Source of the DNA: a virus
Length of the DNA stretch: 64,000 nt
Virus record (IMG/VR): IMGVR_UViG_3300050821_001689
Location: 5,958-69,957 of that record
Strand: one strand, 5' to 3'
In this document: one piece after another, positions 24,800 to 32,776 of the stretch
Numbering within the stretch: position 1 is the stretch's first letter
How the letters are laid out: the number at the start of each line of letters is the position of its first letter
Notes under the pieces: generated by a model
Databases searched by the model: none
What the model was told of the DNA's origin: nothing
Seen by the model: the letters and a program-made list of their open reading frames with translations, nothing else
Program-made: the position numbers and the translations under genes

Positions 24800-25237
24800 C
24801 TACTGATAATGTGGTAGCCGCCCCATGACTTGCAGGGCATAGTTGGGGTTCCCGCCGCCGTTCCATGCCTGAAGACCAAGAGTCACGTCTCCCTTGTTCT
24901 TAGCCAACTTCCCAGCGAATACCTTACATCCCAACGTAACCCCTTGATTCGGGTCACACAGTCCCGAGAGGAACTGTCCCGAGTACCCGTTCTCCCTGGC
25001 GACCTGGCCCATTACTTGCATCAGGCCCCAGGAGAACGACCTGGCGAAGGCTTCGGTAGCGGAGATTTTATTGTTGGTGTACAAAGGAGCTATGTACTTA
25101 GCCATGAACTCCGGCTCATAGCGAATCGCCCAAGGATTCCATCCCGACTCCTGTTCGATGATGGCACACACCAGCGCAGGGTCGAGGGAGTGGTCCTTGG
25201 CAATAGAGATAGCAAGTTGGACAGTCATGTCCAGCAT
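24800..25237 (-). CDS. SLT-domain lytic transglycosylase (endolysin)
   Basis: IEQESG, GLMQV, AWNGG motifs. Confidence 0.9.
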   Translation of the reverse strand: MLDMTVQLAISIAKDHSLDPALVCAIIEQESGWNPWAIRYEPEFMAKYIAPLYTNNKISATEAFARSFSWGLMQVMGQVARENGYSGQFLSGLCDPNQGVTLGCKVFAGKLAKNKGDVTLGLQAWNGGGNPNYALQVMGRLPHYQ

Positions 25238-25239
25238 GG

Positions 25240-25752
25240 TTAGTTTCCTGCACAGACGAAGGAAATGACATCAGTGATAGTCGCCGGACCAGTGATAGTG
25301 AAACTGGAGCCGGAGACATTGGCTACTTTTAGAAGGTTATTCGCCGCGTTGGTTTCGTCTGTCACGTTGCAATCATAACTAGTCGTCGAGGTAAATGCCG
25401 GAGAGAGACCAGTCACAGTAACCGTCGAAGGCGTCCCGGATACCAACGGAGCACTTCCTAATACTACCTGAGATGCCGTGAGGGCCGTATGGGAACAAGT
25501 TGAGGTAGTCCCGCAGAACTGTACCTGTGGATGGTTGGATACTACTAAGTTAGCTACCGGAGTAGTAGAAGCTATGGACAACGGAGCCGTTCCGGTAGAG
25601 AGTGAGGACACAATTTGTTGAGTGAACGTGTTGGTTCCGGTAAAAGTCTGGGTCCCATTGAGAACTGCTCCCGGACCAAAGTTCTGTCCCTGGCCGAACA
25701 GCACGAACACGAAAGCAACGGAGAGAATAGTGGCTAGTAGTATCTTACGCAT
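25240..25752 (-). CDS. fibre-tip-like protein with signal peptide
   Basis: Signal peptide; GTQTFTGTNTF and GTAPLSIASTTPVANL fibre repeats; Ser/Thr-rich beta C-domain. Confidence 0.65.
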   Translation of the reverse strand: MRKILLATILSVAFVFVLFGQGQNFGPGAVLNGTQTFTGTNTFTQQIVSSLSTGTAPLSIASTTPVANLVVSNHPQVQFCGTTSTCSHTALTASQVVLGSAPLVSGTPSTVTVTGLSPAFTSTTSYDCNVTDETNAANNLLKVANVSGSSFTITGPATITDVISFVCAGN

Positions 25753-26444
25753 TACTGAATTCTCCTGATACGTGCGATGATACCTACGTTGTTGGTGAGG
25801 GAGTTGAGTAACGCCCGAAGGAAGGCTCCTCCAGTCGGAATTAAATCATTATGAGCGAAGTTGTTCGCGTTGACTGCGGCGATGGTATACGCTGCTTGAG
25901 CAGGAGTTATGTACCCGTTAGGGTTTCCTCCCGGCCCTTCCAAATCAGCTTCTTGCATCTGAAAACTGAAGGCCCCCGGAGCCCCGTCGAAGAAAATTTC
26001 AATACTAAATGCACCTGGGTTCTCCCCACGTCCGGGAGGCATGGAGACGGCAATGGAAGCGATGGGAACCTGAGCCTGGAAGAGTTCAGCTTGGGTAATG
26101 ACTAGATTTCCCCCGCCACCGGTATCATTAATTTGGTTGGAGTTCCCACCATGTAAGTTCACATCGAGCGGCTGGGCGGTGAGAGTGGTAGCTGATGGGA
26201 CAGTGAGAATTTCATAGTGTCCATCAAATCGAGTCCCCAATACCGACCCAACGCCCTTAGCTTCAAACTGGAACCCTGGGATGGCGTGATGCGCGGCAGC
26301 GGTTGTGAAGGTCACCACTCCGTTAGTTCTTACCGCTCCACCGGCAGACGCGGCAAGTGCTACGCTGGCTTGGATGCCGAACAGTAGAGCCGTGTCACCC
26401 GGTTGGAGAGCGAGGTTAAAGTTTTGTGAAGCATACTTAGACAT
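25752..26444 (-). CDS. virion structural protein
   Basis: NGVVTFTTAAAHH...FDGHYEILTVPSATT domain typical of phage tail/decoration proteins. Confidence 0.6.
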   Translation of the reverse strand: MSKYASQNFNLALQPGDTALLFGIQASVALAASAGGAVRTNGVVTFTTAAAHHAIPGFQFEAKGVGSVLGTRFDGHYEILTVPSATTLTAQPLDVNLHGGNSNQINDTGGGGNLVITQAELFQAQVPIASIAVSMPPGRGENPGAFSIEIFFDGAPGAFSFQMQEADLEGPGGNPNGYITPAQAAYTIAAVNANNFAHNDLIPTGGAFLRALLNSLTNNVGIIARIRRIQ

Positions 26445-26466
26445 GTGTCACCGTTCCCATTTTACA

Positions 26467-28917
26467 CTACTTTTTCTTCCTGGCCGTTCTAGCTATGTCC
26501 TGGTCAACTTGCGACCGGCCACGGATGCGTTCTTGTGTTGCTTGTAGGTCTCCAGGAGCGAGACCAGCATCTTGACGGATATCAGCTAGTTCCTGCGGAT
26601 TAGGTTCTGGGATACCTAGCTGTTCAGGAAGAAGACCCTCTTCCTCTTCCGGGGGATTCCCACGTTGAATTACGTTAGATTGAGGACCTTCCTTAGCTGG
26701 CATGGCTGGGGCGGCCTTCACTTCATCCGGGAGACTAGCTCTCTCACTGGCAGCGTCCTTACCTAAGTCAGCCGGTACAGCATGGTCGTCCTGTGGGAAG
26801 AAATGGCTCTCAGCAGTCATGGCAGCTTTCTCGCCGTCCGTAATTGGGCCAGCATCCACCACATTCACCGGAGCCCCTTCACGAGAAGCAGCGACGGGAG
26901 ATTGATGACCCTTAACTGGAGAATATGACCCGTCTGGATTCTGACGAGCCACAATAGTAGCGTCCTCCCCCTGTTGAATCTTCCCTTGTTTAGCCTGAAC
27001 ACGAGCTTCCGACTGCCACGGATGGACAGACTGGTCCACGAAGTCGGGTTGAATCTGTTCCGGTAATACTTGGTCATTGGGTACCGAATTCGGAGAAGCA
27101 GTGAGGTCAGTTGGCGGCGTGACATCTGGTACCGCGGCTCCCCCTTCATCCGTATCCGGGTGAGGAAGAGGCGAACGGTCTGGTCCTACATCTGGCGTCG
27201 AATACTCGCCTGGTCTCGGAGTCGGATTAGACATCGCATCCCGCATGAAACTCGGCATACCTCGCATCTGAGCGTCAGTGAGACCGCGTTGACCTTGTGG
27301 AACGTCGGGTCTTCCCATTGTCGTGAGGCTGTCAGGTAGGTCCACAGCCGTTGGTTGAACGCCAGGTACATCCTGGCTAGTCACACTGGAACCAGGAACC
27401 TGCCATCCAGGTTGAAACGGCCCAGAGGTACCAGTCCACATTTGGTCGGGTAGAGTAGCCTGGAATCCCATAGGCGGAGGAGCCCCAACCTGACTTACTG
27501 GTCCCGGTGGAGGTGCTGGGGGCGCAGGGGCCACAGTTGGTACAGCTTTCGGTACAGCTTTGGCGGCTGTGGGGGCCGTGAGATTGGTCTTTCCTAACTT
27601 ATTGAAAGATTTAGTAGCCAGTCTATTCGGGTTACTCATGTCAAACAACGTATCAACTGGCTTATTGATATACTCTCTAGCGGCTCCGGGGGACAATGAT
27701 AGCCGCATGGTGTTAGCCACACGCTGGGAGAGTGGAAGTGGAGTCGGTACGTTAGTATCCCGCAATCTCCCTTCCATATCACTTAACCCACCGTAAGCCT
27801 TACGGAACTCCGCGAAGGACTGTCCTAATTGTTCCCCACCGGCTTCCCCAATCGTGTTCACCATCTTATCCCGAAGCATACTAAGTGCATCCACTTTATG
27901 CCGCAAAGCAGGGTCATTGGTCTCCGCAGCAAAACGCTCCGCATCAGACATCTGATAATAGCGCGAGACCGCCCGGTCGTTGTTCAATTCCCGAACCGTA
28001 TCGGCCATCGTCTTGACATCCATCGGCTTATCGAATACTTGAGCGAGTCTCTCAGCAGCCGGGGCTGCTCCAGGTTTGGTCTTGTTAAGGTCCGTAAGGT
28101 CAGCCCTAATTTTCTGTCCAATCTCGGGAACTGTTGGGTCCTGAACTGAGCCAAATTGGTCAATAACTGGCGCTACGTTCTTGTCCCAAAGTTGGTACTT
28201 AGTGGATGCCACTCGGTCGGCAGTACGGATAACTCCGCCTTCTCCTCCACGTACTGGACCGTTGAGTCTAGCTTCATCAGCTAAGAAAGGGGCACCGCGG
28301 GAATACGCTCCACGCATAGTTTGTTGGGCTTCAGCCTTCAATCCACCCGGAGCCACGGTACGCTCGTATAAATTCTGTGCCTTGGCGGCGCGAGAGGCCG
28401 CTAGGTCTTCCGGTAAGGTACCGGCGTAGTCAGCAATGGCTCCTGGGGCTTTGGCTCCAACGTATAGACTAGTAGCAGCCCCGGCTCCTCGCGCTATTCC
28501 AGCGGCGGGACCCTTTTCCATTGAGGTATTAGTAATGTCATTTAAGGTAGAGCCGACTAACGGCACGGCCCCCTGGTACCTTCGAAGGTCATCGGTGGGG
28601 TACTTAGTATATTCGCTCCCGGCATCCACTATCCCCTGAATCTTATCCGAAGCGTAACTAATCGGCCCTTTGTCCATGAATTCTTTAGCTTGGTCCTTGA
28701 TGTTCTGCCAGAGACCTTGCCCTGTAGGCGCACCGGTAGCGCCGGTATTGAACTCCCCAATTAAACTCTTAGCCTGATTTAGAGGAGTGCTTTCCATGCC
28801 GTCAATGATACTGTTACGCTCCTCATACGGCATGGACCTAGGGAACTTCAAGGTTCCAAGTGTAGGATGCTGAACAGTATCAAGTTGGGAGGTATCGTAT
28901 TGTTGTCCGTCTGCCAT
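26467..28917 (-). CDS. putative ejection/internal virion protein
   Basis: 816 aa, helical Ala/Gly-rich with Pro-rich tail, after nozzle genes. Confidence 0.6.
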   Translation of the reverse strand: MADGQQYDTSQLDTVQHPTLGTLKFPRSMPYEERNSIIDGMESTPLNQAKSLIGEFNTGATGAPTGQGLWQNIKDQAKEFMDKGPISYASDKIQGIVDAGSEYTKYPTDDLRRYQGAVPLVGSTLNDITNTSMEKGPAAGIARGAGAATSLYVGAKAPGAIADYAGTLPEDLAASRAAKAQNLYERTVAPGGLKAEAQQTMRGAYSRGAPFLADEARLNGPVRGGEGGVIRTADRVASTKYQLWDKNVAPVIDQFGSVQDPTVPEIGQKIRADLTDLNKTKPGAAPAAERLAQVFDKPMDVKTMADTVRELNNDRAVSRYYQMSDAERFAAETNDPALRHKVDALSMLRDKMVNTIGEAGGEQLGQSFAEFRKAYGGLSDMEGRLRDTNVPTPLPLSQRVANTMRLSLSPGAAREYINKPVDTLFDMSNPNRLATKSFNKLGKTNLTAPTAAKAVPKAVPTVAPAPPAPPPGPVSQVGAPPPMGFQATLPDQMWTGTSGPFQPGWQVPGSSVTSQDVPGVQPTAVDLPDSLTTMGRPDVPQGQRGLTDAQMRGMPSFMRDAMSNPTPRPGEYSTPDVGPDRSPLPHPDTDEGGAAVPDVTPPTDLTASPNSVPNDQVLPEQIQPDFVDQSVHPWQSEARVQAKQGKIQQGEDATIVARQNPDGSYSPVKGHQSPVAASREGAPVNVVDAGPITDGEKAAMTAESHFFPQDDHAVPADLGKDAASERASLPDEVKAAPAMPAKEGPQSNVIQRGNPPEEEEGLLPEQLGIPEPNPQELADIRQDAGLAPGDLQATQERIRGRSQVDQDIARTARKKK

Positions 28918-30419
28918 TACTCGTATCTACCTGTTACGGCGTTCCATTTCTGGCTACCGCTAGCGTTAGGGGCTGGCGTTGCTGGAGCATTTTGGTTACT
29001 AGTCTGCTTCCTTGGTCTAGTAGGATTCTTTACTCCAGCATAATCAGAAGCACTCTGCATCTTATTCTCGTAGGACGTAGTTATCCTATCCGCATAACGA
29101 TGCATTTCATTGATGTTCGCCAATAGGTTCTCAGGAGACTGATTCGACTGGAGCATTTGTAGGAAGTGCTCGAACATAGCTTCCGCTGGTCGGTTACCAG
29201 TATGCATCTGCATGAGACGAGTAGCGGCGAGGTTAGCTTCGGTCTTCCAGGCCGAGAACTGAGGGTCGTCCAGACCGACTTTACCAGTCATAAAGTCGTT
29301 GTAACGTCCCGAACCTGGCCCGAGTTGGTCGGAGATGTTCTTAATTTTGTTAGTAAGGTCGTCCGCGAAATCAGCTACTGAACCGGCGCGAGAATACTCA
29401 GTCTTCTCCATATTAGTTGGCAGAGAGGACATAAGTAAGGCTCTACGGTTGGCTATCTCGGCCCGTCGGTCTTCGTCGGCATTCTTACGGTCCAGAGAGC
29501 CCTGGAAGGCACTTCGCTCACTCTCATAAAACTTTCGCGCTTGCGGGTCTAGATTAGCAATATCTTTACCCGTATAGCGTTGTCCGTTGTTATTGTCTGT
29601 GATTCCAATAGGCTCCCCTTGAGCACCCTTAATAATATCGTACTGTGGTTTCCCGGCGCGTTTCTCGGCGGCTAGAGCTTCCGGTAGGTTAGTCGGTTCA
29701 CCGGGATATTCAGGCATAATTGGAATGCTACGAGCAGTCGGGTTGTTCCCTTGAGTCACACTATAACCACCAATGACACTTGGACGATTCCGGTAATCAA
29801 TCTCTGACTGAACCTGCTGTGCCCGCAAACTATCTTCATTCTGTTGTCTCGTGAGAGCGTAATCCTTATACGCCGTATCCTCATCAGCCTTAGCCGCCGT
29901 TAACCTCCGCTGGAAGTCTTCATTCCGTCCTCGTTGGGGACCATAGATAAACTCCCTAGCGACATTACCTGCCTCAACTGGATTACCGCTCTGGATAGAA
30001 TACCGACCATATCCAGCACGTCCCCCAGCCATACCCGCACCGGTTCCGAGAGCAATACCAGCTAACTTTCTCCAGATGGAAGGCTTGAACTGTTCTGGTC
30101 CCTTACGAAGTAAGTCAGCATAAGCATTCTCACTTGCGTTGTATCTACCCAACATATGGTCTAATGGACTCTCAGGAGCCATATGGTCCGTAGTAATTGT
30201 ATTCGTAGCCGGAGCAGCGGGAGATTCCATCTCTGGGGGCGTCGGAGGAGCGAACATAGACTGCTGAGGAACCATACTAAATGGTTCCTGAGGAGCTAAC
30301 GCACCTCCACCTACGGGATTATTGAGATAATCCCCCGGCACTGGCTGGGCCAGTGGTCTCCGTGGTGGTTGGAGAGGCTGATTCCCTGTGTAATCGTTAT
30401 CGCTGAACGTTTCCGGCAT
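28917..30419 (-). CDS. putative ejection/internal virion protein
   Basis: 500 aa, Gly-rich hydrophobic segment and coiled coils. Confidence 0.6.
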   Translation of the reverse strand: MPETFSDNDYTGNQPLQPPRRPLAQPVPGDYLNNPVGGGALAPQEPFSMVPQQSMFAPPTPPEMESPAAPATNTITTDHMAPESPLDHMLGRYNASENAYADLLRKGPEQFKPSIWRKLAGIALGTGAGMAGGRAGYGRYSIQSGNPVEAGNVAREFIYGPQRGRNEDFQRRLTAAKADEDTAYKDYALTRQQNEDSLRAQQVQSEIDYRNRPSVIGGYSVTQGNNPTARSIPIMPEYPGEPTNLPEALAAEKRAGKPQYDIIKGAQGEPIGITDNNNGQRYTGKDIANLDPQARKFYESERSAFQGSLDRKNADEDRRAEIANRRALLMSSLPTNMEKTEYSRAGSVADFADDLTNKIKNISDQLGPGSGRYNDFMTGKVGLDDPQFSAWKTEANLAATRLMQMHTGNRPAEAMFEHFLQMLQSNQSPENLLANINEMHRYADRITTSYENKMQSASDYAGVKNPTRPRKQTSNQNAPATPAPNASGSQKWNAVTGRYE

Positions 30420-30675
30420 TCTGAGGTCCTAATACGGAATTCATAAAAGAGGAAGCAACCGGTCCAGTCTGCATGTTCGGTGGCTGCTGGTTCGGAGGAA
30501 TACCCATTGGATAAGCTACTGACCTAGGTTGCTGTTGCTGCTGGCCCATAAGAAGCTTATCAATCGCCCGCTGAGGTGGCATGGCACGGTTACCAAGAGC
30601 CTGGTCAGCCGGGCTCATGTTCGGTTGCGGTCCCACTGGGGACTGTTGAGGCATTGGCATCATTACTCTGTCCAC
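30397..30675 (-). CDS. small Pro/Gln/Met-rich protein
   Basis: Overlapping neighbours in operon. Confidence 0.5.
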   Translation of the reverse strand: MDRVMMPMPQQSPVGPQPNMSPADQALGNRAMPPQRAIDKLLMGQQQQQPRSVAYPMGIPPNQQPPNMQTGPVASSFMNSVLGPQNAGNVQR

Positions 30676-30911
30676 ATCTGGGAGGGGAACTTAAATCCTC
30701 CCGGTTGAGTTGGGGCTGGTCCCATGTCTATTTGCTGAATCCGGTTCCCTGGAGCCATGAGTGTCGGACGAGCTAATCCGCCACCGATGGCATCGGAGGT
30801 AACTGGCTGCATTCCGTTTAATGGCTTCTGGTCCAACGTGCCCTGATAAACATTCCCTCCTTGGGGAGTCATCGGTGCCCGACCAACCATTTTATTCATA
30901 GCCAGGTTCAT
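30663..30911 (-). CDS. small Pro/Gly/Met-rich protein
   Basis: TAATG coupling. Confidence 0.55.
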   Translation of the reverse strand: MNLAMNKMVGRAPMTPQGGNVYQGTLDQKPLNGMQPVTSDAIGGGLARPTLMAPGNRIQQIDMGPAPTQPGGFKFPSQMWTE

Positions 30912-31372
30912 TAGGCTCTCCCCGAGAACGCCGCACCAGCCGCTCCCATAGCCGAGCCAAGAAGGTTATCAAACCAACCAGAGTTAGAGGCCTGCTGATT
31001 ACCCTGTGCTCCAACAAGAGGAGCGAAGATAGAAGCCTTCTGTAGTGCACGTTGTACCGGCACGTTGGCAAATTCCTGTGTGAGACCCGAGGCCGCTTCA
31101 GCCTTGGTTTGAGCATCCTGTCTCCCGCTCTCCAACAACGTCTCCGGCAACCCAGCACTTGAACCGGTAGCACTAGCTCTCCGCATCATTTCGTCATTAG
31201 TGTTCTTAAACTGTGTATCAATAGAACCTAATGTAGTAGTAGTAATAGCCGCCTTCTGCTCTGGTGTATAGTCAGAAGGAATCCCCTGAGCGGCATCCAC
31301 AGCCATGTTCGTAAGAGACGCCCTACGAGCGTCCTCTTGTTTAGCTAGATTGTCGGCTGTGTTGCGTCCCAT
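30911..31372 (-). CDS. putative small ejection (pilot) protein
   Basis: C-terminal GWFDNLLGSAMGAAGAAF segment; TAATG coupling. Confidence 0.6.
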   Translation of the reverse strand: MGRNTADNLAKQEDARRASLTNMAVDAAQGIPSDYTPEQKAAITTTTLGSIDTQFKNTNDEMMRRASATGSSAGLPETLLESGRQDAQTKAEAASGLTQEFANVPVQRALQKASIFAPLVGAQGNQQASNSGWFDNLLGSAMGAAGAAFSGRA

Positions 31373-31794
31373 TAATCACCTAACCTACGATACATCGGGA
31401 TAAAATCAGGTCCTTCGTCTACGAATCCCACTAATTGCATTAACTCGTGCATCTTTGGGTTGTTCTTAGGAACGAAGGCAATCACATCATCCAATGACCC
31501 GAAACCCATTCTCTTCATCTCTCCACCAATTGCCAAGGTAGCCCCAGCGGCTATTTTCTGGATATTACGGAACTTCTGTGCTCCGTTAGGCTCGTTGGGG
31601 TCCATAATCAAATGGCCCTCAACAGTAAGTCTCTGAATAAGAGCCATCTTCACCTGTCCATCCTCCTCTCCCACAATCGCCGTAGCCACAGCAGGGTCAA
31701 TGCCAGGTAGAGGTAAGCGGACAGGAAGATTTTGTTTAGCAAAGACCGCCCGAATAACATTCTCGTCACTCGGTTGATAGAGTCTATAATGCAT
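31372..31794 (-). CDS. GNAT-fold-like virion assembly protein
   Basis: Position before ejection genes; ...LMQLVGF.. C-terminal pattern. Confidence 0.5.
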   Translation of the reverse strand: MHYRLYQPSDENVIRAVFAKQNLPVRLPLPGIDPAVATAIVGEEDGQVKMALIQRLTVEGHLIMDPNEPNGAQKFRNIQKIAAGATLAIGGEMKRMGFGSLDDVIAFVPKNNPKMHELMQLVGFVDEGPDFIPMYRRLGD

Positions 31795-31799
31795 CTATA

Positions 31800-32054
31800 T
31801 TATACTCCTCCCCTATGGCGCATGACTGGGTGGTGGGTGGCTAGGTCCACTACGTCTTGATGGGTATGTGGAATAGATAAGACACCCGTTTGAGTCTCAA
31901 GGTAATGGTGAACGTGGTCGGCGTCAGTGACCTTAACTATTAACTTAGAGTTGTCGGTCAGGGTTTCATCCAAACTATGTCCTACACAATTCCTGAGTCT
32001 CCCAGTGTGTTTCTTATACTCTCCGTAAGTCATTGTATAGTAAACGGTGTCCAT
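31800..32054 (-). CDS. hypothetical His-rich protein
   Basis: TAATG coupling. Confidence 0.55.
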   Translation of the reverse strand: MDTVYYTMTYGEYKKHTGRLRNCVGHSLDETLTDNSKLIVKVTDADHVHHYLETQTGVLSIPHTHQDVVDLATHHPVMRHRGGV

Positions 32055-32776
32055 TAGGCCGTCCTTCCATGCCCACCGAATCCCCCACCAACTGGAAGGG
32101 GAGACGAACCGGAACCGGGGGTGGTCACGGTAATTGGTGTTCCAGGAGTAAGAGGAATATGGTGAGTCAACCTGGCTATCTGAGAAGCGTTGGGATTATC
32201 CACCACAAACGCTATAGCCGGAATGCCGGTCGGTTGACTAGCCGCTACTCCTGAAGATACGAACAGCAAGGAACCCACCCTCTCATCGAAATAAGGATAG
32301 AAGAAATATGTCGTGTTCGGTGTGAGACCGGTCACCACAGTGCTTCCTGCTGGAACCTGAGTCTTTTCCCCGTTTGCCCTAAATACACTAAGAATCGTGG
32401 ACCCATTCGTTCCATCGTAAAAGAAAGTGATGGATGTCGGCGTTGCCACGGCTTGGAATCCGGCAGCCGAAGTAGGAGGAATTGAACCAAAAGCCCCAAT
32501 CTCTGCCCAACCTGTGGGACCGAACCCCGAGTCTTTTACGTGTAAAGTAAGGGGTCCAGCAGCCGCGTTGCGTTGAATATAAACCGCCCCCGGAGCCGCG
32601 GATACTCCACTATTAGACGCGGCGGCTACACTAGAACGGAATTCGGGATGGTCAGTGCCGGATAAGATACTTGGCATAGTCTGATTTAACTGGTCCACTA
32701 GATTCCTGAGAGCCTCATATACAGTCGGGCTCTCATCTGCCAGTATCTCAATATTCTGTAGAACTATAGCTGGCAT
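32054..32776 (-). CDS. tail-associated protein with FN3-like segment
   Basis: APGAVYIQRN..., VTGLTPNTTYFFY. Confidence 0.65.
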   Translation of the reverse strand: MPAIVLQNIEILADESPTVYEALRNLVDQLNQTMPSILSGTDHPEFRSSVAAASNSGVSAAPGAVYIQRNAAAGPLTLHVKDSGFGPTGWAEIGAFGSIPPTSAAGFQAVATPTSITFFYDGTNGSTILSVFRANGEKTQVPAGSTVVTGLTPNTTYFFYPYFDERVGSLLFVSSGVAASQPTGIPAIAFVVDNPNASQIARLTHHIPLTPGTPITVTTPGSGSSPLPVGGGFGGHGRTA

